Source: an uncultured virus (IMG/VR IMGVR_UViG_3300047322_001016)
Lineage: Duplodnaviria > Heunggongvirae > Uroviricota > Caudoviricetes
Virus record (IMG/VR): IMGVR_UViG_3300047322_001016
Direction: 5' to 3' (one strand)
Length of the DNA: 64,000 bases
Shown here: piece after piece, positions 19,395 through 28,257 of the stretch
Layout of the letters: each line of letters opens with the position of its first letter
How positions within the stretch are numbered: position 1 is the first letter of the stretch
The notes under the pieces: generated by a model
Databases searched by the model: none
What the model was told of the DNA's origin: nothing
The model's input: the letters and a program-made list of their open reading frames with translations, nothing else
Made by a program: the position numbers and the translations under genes

Positions 19395-19651
19395 GCGTCA
19401 CGCCGTGGTATGAGCAGCCGTTCAAAGTCAGGATCTACCAGTCGGGAGAACGCTGGGTCGGGGAAGCGTTCAGCCCCGACTTCTCTCCCGACGCCCCCCG
19501 TTTCCTTCCCGACTTCACGACGGTGCAGCCAACGCGGGAACAAGTTGCGTCGGACGTCCAGCAGCACATCAGCGAATGGCGGACGGCATGCCGGGAACGG
19601 GCGCTGCACAAGGCCGCCCGCGACGCGGCCGAACTAGAAGAGTGGCTCTGA
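19391..19651 (+). CDS. hypothetical protein
   Basis: ATGA-coupled, RBS AAAGGAA. Confidence 0.6.
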   Translation: MSVTPWYEQPFKVRIYQSGERWVGEAFSPDFSPDAPRFLPDFTTVQPTREQVASDVQQHISEWRTACRERALHKAARDAAELEEWL

Positions 19652-19690
19652 CCTAGAGCCCGAAACAGCAACCACAACAGGAAGGAAGAA

Positions 19691-19891
19691 ATGGCAAAGA
19701 AGACACTGCTCGTTTCCGATCTGACGGGCGAGCCGATCGACGACAAGGACTACGCGAAGCTCACGATCCGCTACAGCGACGCGCGGCGCGGCCAGATCGG
19801 CCTCGACGTCAACGCCGAAGAGATCGCCGAGATCGCGGCGAAAGGGATCCAGCAGGCACGCCGCGGCCGCAAGCCGAAGGTCGCCGCGTGA
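19691..19891 (+). CDS. Lsr2-like small protein
   Basis: MAKKTLLVSDLTGE N-terminus and RRGRKPK AT-hook-like tail. Confidence 0.65.
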   Translation: MAKKTLLVSDLTGEPIDDKDYAKLTIRYSDARRGQIGLDVNAEEIAEIAAKGIQQARRGRKPKVAA

Positions 19892-20127
19892 AATTCAGGC
19901 AAGGGTTCGTCGCCGGAGGGCTGGCCGTTTGGCTGGCCCTCCGGCTGATGGAACGCTGGGGCAAAAACACGATTGTTTCCCGCAGCGAAGCGAGAGCACG
20001 ATGGCTGGCCGGACTCGACCACGACAAAATGCTTGTCCTGAACCGGGCGATCCAGACCGAGCTGGCACGAAGACAGCGCAACTGAGCCGCCCCTGACCGT
20101 CCGACAGGACGGTATATACTCGCCGCC

Positions 20128-20286
20128 ATGGGCCAGTTCAACTTGAAGCTGCCGGAAGGCATGCTGGAACGGTGGCGGGAGATCGCCTCGAAAAGAGGCA
20201 TGACGCTCGCGCAGCTGATCCGTGAAGCGGTCAACAAAGACATCGAAAACGGTGGTAAACGGTCGCCGGATGAGCCGGTCGGCTGA
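20128..20286 (+). CDS. ribbon-helix-helix protein
   Basis: QFNLKLPEGMLERWREIASKRGMTLAQLIREAV; GGTATATACT 7 nt upstream. Confidence 0.7.
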   Translation: MGQFNLKLPEGMLERWREIASKRGMTLAQLIREAVNKDIENGGKRSPDEPVG

Positions 20287-20300
20287 AGAAAGGAGAAACA

Positions 20301-20666
20301 GTGTCGGACATCGAGTACGAGGGACGGAAGCCGTTCGCGGCGTTCATCCAGGAGCAGCGCAACGGAGGACTCCACGGGGAGCTGTCGCACGAGCTGGCGG
20401 CGCTCGTCACCGCGGTGCAGGAAACACAGAAGCCGGGGACGCTGACCTTGACGATCAAGGTGCAGCCGAACAAGGACGGCGTCACGATGACCGTCACCGA
20501 CAAGGTGGTTGCGAAAGCACCGGAGGCCGAGCGCGGCGCCGCGGTGTTCTTCATCCAGGGCGACGGGAACCTGGTCCGCAGCGACCCGCGTCAGCTGAAG
20601 ATGTCGCTGCGCGAGGTCGAGAAGCCCGACGCTGGCCTGCGTGAAATCGACGCGGCGGCCGAGTGA
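20301..20666 (+). CDS. conserved phage protein, partner of DUF2303
   Basis: ELAALVTAVQET.KPGTLTLTIKV...FFI..DGNL.RSDPRQ. Confidence 0.7.
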   Translation: MSDIEYEGRKPFAAFIQEQRNGGLHGELSHELAALVTAVQETQKPGTLTLTIKVQPNKDGVTMTVTDKVVAKAPEAERGAAVFFIQGDGNLVRSDPRQLKMSLREVEKPDAGLREIDAAAE

Positions 20667-21484
20667 TGGCACCCGAATCCCCTGACGGCCTGGCGGCCGT
20701 GATCGAAGCGGCCCGCGAAGGACAGACGCCGGTCGTGCTCGACCCGTCGAAGCCGACGTTCGTTGTTGTCCCGGACGGCGTCCGCCCGGTCGAGGTCGAC
20801 ATGACGAAATGGCAGTCGACTCCGGCCCGGGTGAAGGCAACGTATCGGCCAGCGACCGTCGACGCGTTCTCGGCCTACGTGAAGCGCAACAGCCTGCACG
20901 ACTACACGACGGTGTGGGTGCATCCGACGTCCGGCCGGATCGTGGCGGTCATCGACGACAGCGGCCCCGAGTCTCCGGGCTGGGGCGAGCACAAGGTTGT
21001 GCTGGAACTCGAAACCACCCCCGAGTGGAACCACTGGCTGTCGAAGGACGGGATCCTGATGGGCCAGGAAGAGTTCGCCGAGCACGTCGAGGTCGGCCTC
21101 GACGACATCCAGGAGCCTTCGGGTGCGGACGTGCTGGAGATGGCGCAGACGTTCCACGCGAAGACGAACTCGACGTTCCGGCAGGCAACACGGCTGGCGT
21201 CGGGAGAAACGCAGTTCCAGTATGACGAAGAGATCCAGGCGAAAGCCGGTGCGACCGGGACGATGGAGATCCCGTCTGTGCTGATGCTGGGCCTGGCGCC
21301 GTTCGTCGGCGAGAAGCCCTACAAGGTGATCGCCCGGGTCCGCTACCGGATCAGCTCGGGGAGGCTGTCGCTCGGCTACAAGCTGGACAGGCCTGACCTT
21401 GTCCGCCGCGACGCGCTCGACACGATCGCGGAGAAGCTCGGCAACGAGTTCCCGCTCACCTACGTCGGCTCGGAGCCTGCGTGA
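20663..21484 (+). CDS. DUF2303 (YfdQ-like) protein
   Basis: TPEWNHW...QEEFAEHVE..LDDI...F..ATRL.SGE.QF.Y. Confidence 0.8.
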   Translation: MMAPESPDGLAAVIEAAREGQTPVVLDPSKPTFVVVPDGVRPVEVDMTKWQSTPARVKATYRPATVDAFSAYVKRNSLHDYTTVWVHPTSGRIVAVIDDSGPESPGWGEHKVVLELETTPEWNHWLSKDGILMGQEEFAEHVEVGLDDIQEPSGADVLEMAQTFHAKTNSTFRQATRLASGETQFQYDEEIQAKAGATGTMEIPSVLMLGLAPFVGEKPYKVIARVRYRISSGRLSLGYKLDRPDLVRRDALDTIAEKLGNEFPLTYVGSEPA

Positions 21485-22272
21485 CGGAAACCATGAGACC
21501 AGGGTTGCCCGAGATGCCGGTGCGGATCGCGAAGCTCCGGGTTCATCGCGGCTATCCGGTGCCGTGGTTTGTGCACTGGGACGAATCCGGAATTCCGGAT
21601 TTCAGGGTGATCGCGCCAGGCAAAGCGGCGGAGGCATGGAGCCTCCGCCGCTGCTGGGTTTGCGGCGACGGGCTCGGCTCGACGGTCGCGTTCGTCGTCG
21701 GCCCGATGTGCGCCCTCAACCGCGTTTCGGCGGAGCCGCCATGTCATCTCGACTGTGCTGTCTGGTCGGCTTTGGCCTGCCCGTTCCTGACCAGGCCGCA
21801 CATGGTCCGCCGGGAAGACAACCTTCCTGACGGGGCCGTCGAACCGGCCGGGGTGATGTTGAAACACAATCCCGGCGCCACCCTGGTCTGGGTGACGAAA
21901 GCCTCGTCGGCGAAAGCCAGGCGCGTCCATGACGACGGCGTCCTGTACGACATCGGCCAGCCCGAACGCGCACTGTGGTTCGCGGAGGGCGGCGAAGCGT
22001 CGCGCGAGCAGGTGATGGCGTCGGTCGAGCGTGGCCTGCCGATCCTGCGGGAAGCCGCCGAAACGGACGGGCCCGGCGCGGTGCGCGAACTCGATCGGCG
22101 CCTGGCTTCTCTCGAGACGCTGCTACCGCCGGCGGAAGACCAACGGTGGATGTGGGATGAGGACCTGACGCCCGAGCAGGAAGCCGCGCACCTGGAGAAG
22201 ATGCGCGCGATCGCCGGGACGCACGGGTTTCCGCTGCCGACCTGGGGGCCGACGCTGAGGCCGGGCAAGTGA
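21481..22272 (+). CDS. hypothetical protein with Cys motifs
   Basis: GYPVPWFV...CWVCG...EPPCHLDC...ACPFL. Confidence 0.75.
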   Translation: MTETMRPGLPEMPVRIAKLRVHRGYPVPWFVHWDESGIPDFRVIAPGKAAEAWSLRRCWVCGDGLGSTVAFVVGPMCALNRVSAEPPCHLDCAVWSALACPFLTRPHMVRREDNLPDGAVEPAGVMLKHNPGATLVWVTKASSAKARRVHDDGVLYDIGQPERALWFAEGGEASREQVMASVERGLPILREAAETDGPGAVRELDRRLASLETLLPPAEDQRWMWDEDLTPEQEAAHLEKMRAIAGTHGFPLPTWGPTLRPGK

Positions 22273-22598
22273 GCGTCGAGCTTGTCGTCTGCCCTCTCTG
22301 TCGCGCCGAGATCCACCGCCACGTCGCCGGGCCGGTTGAGACGCGGATCAGTCTCCCGTCCAGAACCAAGTCGGGCGGAGACGCGATCGGGATGCTCATC
22401 GAAAACGCACGGCTGGAGCAGGAGAAAGAAATTCTGCTGTGCGAACAGGCCTGCGTCGGGCACTACCGGGACCGCCACAGGCTCAGGCTTTCCCTTTGGC
22501 GCCGGTTCGGCTGGGCGTGGCTTATGAGATGGCCCACGAAACAGCCCGTCCCTCATCTTGGCCACGATCTGTTCGATCCCGTCCAGTTCATCAAATGA
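22269..22598 (+). CDS. hypothetical protein
   Basis: GTGA-coupled. Confidence 0.55.
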   Translation: MSVELVVCPLCRAEIHRHVAGPVETRISLPSRTKSGGDAIGMLIENARLEQEKEILLCEQACVGHYRDRHRLRLSLWRRFGWAWLMRWPTKQPVPHLGHDLFDPVQFIK

Positions 22599-22924
22599 GC
22601 CTTGACCTCGACCCCGTTTCGAAGGCGCGGCTGCGGAAGTTCCACGCCGACGGCCTCCTGTACCTCGTCAACACGTCGGTGCTGCACCCGCGCGGATACG
22701 CGCTCACGCTCCACGTCGACGACGCGACAGGCGAACCGATCGGGCTGAGCGTCACCGGGGACGGAACGGAGCCGTGGTGCTTCGCCTACGACGAGCTCGG
22801 GAACGTGATGCAGCGCTACCACGCGTCGGAGCAGCTCCGCGAGCTCGAGTGGAAGAAGAAGAATCCGTCTGTGATCCCGGCGCCCCTTCCCGACGTCGAC
22901 ATCGGGCCGCTTCAGCTTGACTAG
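22595..22924 (+). CDS. hypothetical protein
   Basis: GLLYLVNTSVLHPRGYAL motif; ATGA-coupled. Confidence 0.65.
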   Translation: MSLDLDPVSKARLRKFHADGLLYLVNTSVLHPRGYALTLHVDDATGEPIGLSVTGDGTEPWCFAYDELGNVMQRYHASEQLRELEWKKKNPSVIPAPLPDVDIGPLQLD

Positions 22925-23321
22925 GTTGCCTCTTCCCGGGAGCGCGCTGCAGAAAGAGATCATCGGACCTTGCATCCGCGGTGTTGGTGCAGGCAACGGG
23001 CAGGGATATACACGTCAGATGAGAAACGGTGTTCGCCGTGGCCGTCATCAATGGGCATGGATCGACGCCTACGGCGAAATACCTAACGGGTACGTCGTCC
23101 ATCACTTATGCGAGAACCCGTCTTGCGTCAACATTGAGCATCTTGTGTTGGCAACGCACGATGAACATATGCGGATTCACCACGCCAAGGACGTGTGCGT
23201 CAACGGTCATAGCAGGGTGGGAAACACGACTCGATCGGGAAACTGCAAAACGTGCATGAGGGATTACTTGCGCGTCTACATGCGTTCCTGGAGAGAAGCC
23301 AAGCGCTCGGGGCGTCCATGA
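22917..23321 (+). CDS. HNH homing endonuclease
   Basis: GEIPNGYVVHHLCENPSCVNIEHL...CVNGH...CKTC. Confidence 0.85.
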   Translation: MTRLPLPGSALQKEIIGPCIRGVGAGNGQGYTRQMRNGVRRGRHQWAWIDAYGEIPNGYVVHHLCENPSCVNIEHLVLATHDEHMRIHHAKDVCVNGHSRVGNTTRSGNCKTCMRDYLRVYMRSWREAKRSGRP

Positions 23322-23662
23322 AAAGACTGCCCATGTCAGGGAAGTTACTACAGGACGAAATTGTCAAACTGGCGCGAGGCAAAGGTTTTCGGGTTGCCCA
23401 CTTCTCACCGGCTCGAGTTGGCCCAAGAGACTCATGGATCACGAACTACGCTTATGACACGAAGGGCTTTCTTGACCTCGTGTTGGTGCGCGAGCGTCTG
23501 ATCATGGCCGAAGTAAAAGGGGACGGAGACAGTTTGAAGCCGGAGCAGAAGGTCTGGATCGAGTGGCTGAACGAGGCCGGCGTCGAGAGCTACGTGTGGC
23601 GTCCCAAGCACTGGTTCGACGGCACCATCGACGAGGTTCTGATAAGGAGAGGCTATGAGTGA
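23318..23662 (+). CDS. VRR-NUC family nuclease
   Basis: GFLDLVLVR..LIMAEVKG....KPEQKVW...YVWRP. Confidence 0.8.
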   Translation: MKRLPMSGKLLQDEIVKLARGKGFRVAHFSPARVGPRDSWITNYAYDTKGFLDLVLVRERLIMAEVKGDGDSLKPEQKVWIEWLNEAGVESYVWRPKHWFDGTIDEVLIRRGYE

Positions 23663-23918
23663 CCACAAAGGGTTCAGCGAGGAAACGTGTGTGCGTTGCG
23701 GCTGGACGATGGGGCAGCCGCCGTTGAACTGCCAGAACGACGACACGCCGCACCGGTTCCCTTCGCAGGCGTTGACGGAACCCGCTTGGAACGAGCAGCC
23801 CTGCTTGTGCGGCAACACCAAGGTTTGGGTGATGCCGGGAATGGAGTTCAAGGGTTTGCGTTGCCATCTTTGCCCGCCCGAGCCGACGAAGCCTACCCTG
23901 CGGCTGGTGCAGACATGA
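23655..23918 (+). CDS. Cys-rich hypothetical protein
   Basis: several CxxC-like pairs; RBS AGGAGAGG. Confidence 0.55.
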   Translation: MSDHKGFSEETCVRCGWTMGQPPLNCQNDDTPHRFPSQALTEPAWNEQPCLCGNTKVWVMPGMEFKGLRCHLCPPEPTKPTLRLVQT

Positions 23919-23940
23919 GGTCAACCGGAAGGATGTCACC

Positions 23941-24843
23941 ATGACCACGTTGGACACGCTCGTCGCGAAGTTCCGCAAGCAATCACCGAACATCGCCGCA
24001 GCTTTCGACGAAGTCCAGCGGCGGCTGACGGCACTCGAAAACCCTCCTGTCCCTTCCTCTGACATTCCCGCCGCACCGTCTCTCACCAACCCGATCACGT
24101 TCACATGCAAGACGGGCGTCCCGAACTTCTTCGACGCAGCCGGACGCGACGCGCTCGTTCTGAGCTTGGGCATGGTCGAGCAAGGGCCGCCGAACGACAA
24201 CGCGATCGTCACGGTCAAGAACTGTCCTAACCTGCTGATCCAGAAGCTGTCTGTGAACGCGAACACCCGCCAGTCCGCCGGGGTGGGGAACGGCTACGGG
24301 TACGGCCTGTATCTGATCAACTGCGGCCTCGTCCACGTCGAGGACTACGTCGCGACGGGCCCGGGGTTGGCGCAGGCGGTTGTGGTGTCGGGCGCGAACA
24401 CCGTCCGTGTCGTCCGGGGAGACCTCCGGCCGATGCATCCCGTCTGGCACATCTCCGCAGGGAAGCCCGCCGAGGTTCACACCGACGCGATCCAGTCCTA
24501 CGGCGGCCCAGGTGCGCTCGAGCTGTACGACACGAGCATTGCCACGTGCGGCACCGCGGTCCAGGTGCAGCCGTACAAGGGAGCGGTGTCGACGATGGGC
24601 CTGTGGAAGTTCCATCGTGTCGACGTGCAACAGGTCACGAACCCCGACTCGGACGAGATGCCGTTCTGCCTGACGAAAGACCCTTCCGGCGGCGGCAAAT
24701 GGCCGACTGAAACCGTCGACTCGTACGTGAAGGCTCTCGGGACGACGTTCGGGGTGTCGTGGGTGTCCGACCCTGCGGCCTGGGCGCCTGGCGGCGTGTG
24801 GGCGAACACCGGCGAGAACTGGAAGCCCGGCGTCCGTCCGTGA
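23941..24843 (+). CDS. probable beta-helix (pectin-lyase-like) protein
   Basis: beta-rich repeats with HTDAIQ motif. Confidence 0.55.
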   Translation: MTTLDTLVAKFRKQSPNIAAAFDEVQRRLTALENPPVPSSDIPAAPSLTNPITFTCKTGVPNFFDAAGRDALVLSLGMVEQGPPNDNAIVTVKNCPNLLIQKLSVNANTRQSAGVGNGYGYGLYLINCGLVHVEDYVATGPGLAQAVVVSGANTVRVVRGDLRPMHPVWHISAGKPAEVHTDAIQSYGGPGALELYDTSIATCGTAVQVQPYKGAVSTMGLWKFHRVDVQQVTNPDSDEMPFCLTKDPSGGGKWPTETVDSYVKALGTTFGVSWVSDPAAWAPGGVWANTGENWKPGVRP

Positions 24844-25337
24844 CTGACTGGGCCGAGGTAGACAAGAGGATCGACCGTTTGGAGAAGCTCGTCCTGCTCG
24901 GCCTGTGCAAATGCCGAACCGACCATCTGGGGAACCGGTACTTCAACAACTGCCCTCTCCACGACATCTTCAACACGCGGCAAAGCGAACTGGCGAAGCT
25001 CGCCCAGGAGATCGAAGGATGACTCCCTCGAGCGGCGCGCGTTCCGGCACCAACCCTGGCCGCGGCGAGCGCGGAGCCGGCGACGGCTCCACGCAGCCGC
25101 AGCAGTACCGGCTCCACTGCGGCCACTGGGTGCGGCAGCTCGTCGAGGTAGCCGTGAAAGCGAACGGCACCAAGCTGTACCGCTGCAACGAGCCCGGGTG
25201 TGGTCTGCAAACGAAGTCATGGACACAACACGATCCGTCCTGACTTGCGTCGCCCGCGCGGTTTCCCTATGCTGACCCCAATGCACCTGTGGCAACCACC
25301 CCAGCAGCATCCCGTTCAGCCCGCGTAGGCGGGCCTT

Positions 25338-25409
25338 TCCCGGGTGGTGTAGCAGGTAGCACGCAGGGCTCTGGACCCTGAGACGAGAGTTCGAATCTTT
25401 CCCCGGGAG
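25338..25409 (+). tRNA. tRNA-Gln(CTG)
   Basis: cloverleaf; CAGGG-CT-CTG-GA-CCCTG. Confidence 0.9.
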
Positions 25410-25425
25410 CTGAAGTGCAAGACCC

Positions 25426-25498
25426 GTGGGTGAAGTGTTTAACGGCAGCACACCTGGTTCGGGACCAGGAGGAAGAGGTTCGATTCCTCTCACCCGCA
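25426..25498 (+). tRNA. tRNA-Pro(CGG)
   Basis: CCTGG-TT-CGG-GA-CCAGG. Confidence 0.85.
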
Positions 25499-25502
25499 TT
25501 GA

Positions 25503-25575
25503 AGGGCTGTAGCTCAGTGGAAAGAGCGTCAGGTTGCGGACCTGAAAGCCGGCGGTTCGATTCCGCCCAGCCCCA
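25503..25575 (+). tRNA. tRNA-Arg(GCG)
   Basis: TCAGG-TT-GCG-GA-CCTGA; 1:72 mismatch. Confidence 0.85.
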
Positions 25576-25646
25576 TGGGTAGAGCGCAGGTTGTGTCGGC
25601 CGGTCTCCAAAGCCAGCCCGCGAGAGTTCGAATCTCTCCTACCCAG
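25576..25646 (+). tRNA. tRNA-Trp(CCA), atypical reduced D-arm
   Basis: TGGGTAG/CTACCCA acceptor, CT-CCA-AA loop, canonical T-arm. Confidence 0.65.
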
Positions 25647-25647
25647 T

Positions 25648-25721
25648 GCGTAGGAAGCTGAAGTGGTCGAAGCCCCGGGACGTGGCCCCGGAGGAAGCGG
25701 GTTCGAGTCCCGTCCTGCGCC
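25648..25721 (+). tRNA. tRNA-His(GTG)
   Basis: CCGGG-AC-GTG-GC-CCCGG, C73; C at 33. Confidence 0.75.
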
Positions 25722-25742
25722 CTGGACTCCGGAATTCCGGAA

Positions 25743-25818
25743 TGGGGCAAGCTGGATTCGAACCAGCGACCTCCCGCGTTTCAGACGGGCGCTTGCTACC
25801 GGGCTGAGCTATTGCCCC
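25743..25818 (-). tRNA. tRNA-Phe(GAA)
   Basis: CCCGT-CT-GAA-AC-GCGGG. Confidence 0.85.
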
Positions 25819-25860
25819 AAGGCAGACGATGGTAGCCGAGCGGCCGCCTACCATTCTCGC

Positions 25861-26301
25861 ATGCCTCCGAAGCGCAGACCCAACAAGCCGAAGCGGCGCT
25901 GGCACCCGCTTTGGATCGCGGCCGCCGCCGCGCTGGTTCTCGCGACCGCCGCAGTGGCCGCCACCGTCTCGATCTCGGGCAGCACCGCTTCGGCGACATG
26001 GCTTGGTCTGACGCAGCCGAAGGTGACGGCTGCGCCGGCGATGAACGACCCCACCATGACGCTCGGCACGGTGCCCTACAACTTCGTCTGGACGACCGTC
26101 CCGGGCGCGACCGCCTACCGGATCTGGCTCGACGGCGCACCCATCAGTGTCGTTCGCGCCGAACCGGGAACAGCTGAAGGGCGTTTGATGGCGGTCTCTT
26201 GCGGCGTCCAGCACCGCTGGAACATCCAGGGGATCAACGGCCAGAGCGTCGGCCCGATCGCGGCCGCGCCGAAGTACTTCACCGCCGACGCCTGCCCTTA
26301 G
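25861..26301 (+). CDS. secreted/membrane-anchored protein, FnIII-like
   Basis: basic N-terminus + hydrophobic segment; WTTVPGATAYRIW. Confidence 0.65.
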   Translation: MPPKRRPNKPKRRWHPLWIAAAAALVLATAAVAATVSISGSTASATWLGLTQPKVTAAPAMNDPTMTLGTVPYNFVWTTVPGATAYRIWLDGAPISVVRAEPGTAEGRLMAVSCGVQHRWNIQGINGQSVGPIAAAPKYFTADACP

Positions 26302-26984
26302 ATCCGGTGGGTTCCTAGTGCGCCGACCGCCAGGCTTTGGCCGAGCCTGTAGGGGCCCGGATAGTCGGTCGCGTTCGTCACGATCTCGTCTGCCCAGTGT
26401 GTGTAGTTGAGCGACCCTGCTCCAAGGATGATGGATTTCGCTTCCGTTCTGATCGATTGGCCGGAGAAGTTTCCTACTTCGGTCGGAACAAGATTGGTGC
26501 CGTCGTTGAAGAGTTTCACTTCGGCGAAGCCCGCGGCGTGGACGGCGTGATACTCGAACCTCACCCATTGGTTGAGGGCGATGAGGTTCGTGAATGTGTA
26601 CTGGACGCCGAAAGAAGCGCTAAGGATCGTGATAACACCCGTTGTGCTGATTCGGATCGACCAGCAGGCTCCTGCGTCCGTGTTGAACTGGAAGGCAGTG
26701 AACGTTCCTGTCGCTCCAGGGTACGCCGGAAGGAAACGGTAGTCGCGACCGTAATAGTCGACGGGGGCCGGCACGGGAAGGTTCCAGCCGAGAGAGCAGG
26801 ATCCGTTTACCCCACCGAGCGTGAAGTTGGCGGACTGCTTCCCGCTGACACAGTGCGTGTTGTCGTAAGTGATGCTGTTGGAAGGCCCGATGTTGGCGGC
26901 GTCCCACGGGTTCCCTGAGCCGGGGTCGCTCGTTTGGATCGTTGCCCCGTTCGTGCCGAGCTCGAAATCCGCGGTCAGGCTCAT
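26298..26984 (-). CDS. LamG/ConA-like beta-sandwich protein (possible virion decoration)
   Basis: LNQWVRFEY...W.DEI pattern; similar to 34195-34938. Confidence 0.6.
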   Translation of the reverse strand: MSLTADFELGTNGATIQTSDPGSGNPWDAANIGPSNSITYDNTHCVSGKQSANFTLGGVNGSCSLGWNLPVPAPVDYYGRDYRFLPAYPGATGTFTAFQFNTDAGACWSIRISTTGVITILSASFGVQYTFTNLIALNQWVRFEYHAVHAAGFAEVKLFNDGTNLVPTEVGNFSGQSIRTEAKSIILGAGSLNYTHWADEIVTNATDYPGPYRLGQSLAVGALGTHRI

Positions 26985-27077
26985 GCGCTGATCTTACGGT
27001 GACAGGCGGGCGCCACTGCTGTATGCTCGCACCATGCACCGCCGCTTCTCGTCAAGTATCTCTGCCTAGCCACACTC

Positions 27078-27168
27078 GGCGGGGTGCTCGAGCGGCCTAA
27101 CAGGCCCGGTTGCTACCCGGGTGACCGTCCTTCGGGGCGGTCCGAAGGTTCGAATCCTTCTCCCGCCG
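27078..27168 (+). tRNA. tRNA-Ser(GCT)
   Basis: long variable arm; CCCGG-TT-GCT-AC-CCGGG. Confidence 0.9.
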
Positions 27169-27172
27169 CCTT

Positions 27173-27254
27173 GGAAGGTGGCGCCCACGGGGGCAAACGG
27201 TCTCGAAAGCCGTCGCCGGTCGAAAGGCCGAGGGTTCGACTCCTTCACCTTCCG
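27173..27254 (+). tRNA. tRNA-Ser(CGA), probable 8/4 fold
   Basis: GGAAGGTG/CACCTTCC 8 bp, T-stem AGGG/CCTT, D-arm GCCC-ACGG-GGGC. Confidence 0.8.
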
Positions 27255-27606
27255 TTATCGGGTCACGATCGCCAGCACCGCGACCGTGGCATACAGAACC
27301 ACGAGAACATACGGGAGCATTCGAGCCATCCCATGATTTAACTCCGCCGGTCGGCTAACCTCCTTCCGTTTCGACGCTTCTCTTCCAGGGTAGGCCGTCT
27401 CGTCGACCACTGGAGGACACATGCTCCAACAGAAGCCGCGCGCCGTCCGCTCGTCCCCGCTTGTCGCCGCCGAATGGCAGGCCATCTTGCAGGGAGAGGA
27501 TGAGCTCGGGATCACACGGAAGCTGATCGCAGCACGAGCGGCCAGGCCCGCCGACAGGAAAGAACCGCGTTCGCTTCTGCGCCGCCTACGCAGATAGGAT
27601 CCCAAC

Positions 27607-27834
27607 GTGTTCGTCATCCACATGACGGAAGAGCAGCGGGCAGAAATGGAGTCCTGCATGGATGACGTCAGCTCTGGCCTGATCACGCCAGAGCCGATCC
27701 CGCTCGAGCTTCCACCGGACACGCGAACCGAGGAAGAGAAGCAAGCCGACCACGACGCGTTCATCGAAGACCTGACGCGGCACATGACGAAAGCCATCGA
27801 AGATCCAGACAGTCCATGCTCGGCCGTCGTGTAG
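27607..27834 (+). CDS. acidic hypothetical protein
   Basis: 75 aa ORF. Confidence 0.5.
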   Translation: MFVIHMTEEQRAEMESCMDDVSSGLITPEPIPLELPPDTRTEEEKQADHDAFIEDLTRHMTKAIEDPDSPCSAVV

Positions 27835-27844
27835 TCTTGCTCGC

Positions 27845-27920
27845 GGACAGGTAGCTCAGGGGCGAGAGCACCACGCTGATAACGTGGGGGTCGAAGGTTC
27901 AAATCCTTCTCTGTCCACCA
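27845..27920 (+). tRNA. tRNA-Ile(GAT), encoded CCA
   Basis: CCACG-CT-GAT-AA-CGTGG. Confidence 0.95.
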
Positions 27921-27993
27921 GGGCGTGTAGCCAAGCGGTCACGGCCCCTGACTCTTAATCAGGAGATCGAAGGTTCGAATCCTTCCGCGCTCA
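27921..27993 (+). tRNA. tRNA-Lys(CTT)
   Basis: CCTGA-CT-CTT-AA-TCAGG. Confidence 0.9.
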
Positions 27994-28010
27994 TCGTGTA
28001 TGCTCAAGGC

Positions 28011-28085
28011 CGCGCGGTGGAGCAGTCCGGTCGGCTCGCTTGGCTCATAACCAAGAGGTCGCGGGTTCAAATCCCGCCCGCGCTA
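28011..28085 (+). tRNA. tRNA-Met(CAT), initiator-like
   Basis: unpaired C1, GAGC/GCTC D-stem, CT-CAT-AA. Confidence 0.9.
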
Positions 28086-28257
28086 TCGACGTCCTGACTG
28101 TCGCGTAGATTCACTGCATGTTCGGGTCGAACGTGCAGCCGAAGAAGAAGCTCGAGGTCGCCCCGGCGTGGGAGTGCCCGCACTGCAAAATCTGGAACGC
28201 GGGTGTGCGCTACTCGTGCTCTCAGTGTCTTGAGGGACGCCGACCAAAGGACGTGTC

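Noticed and set aside
27173..27254. Selenocysteine tRNA
   Set aside because: The anticodon is CGA, not TCA, and the acceptor branch is 12 bp rather than 13.
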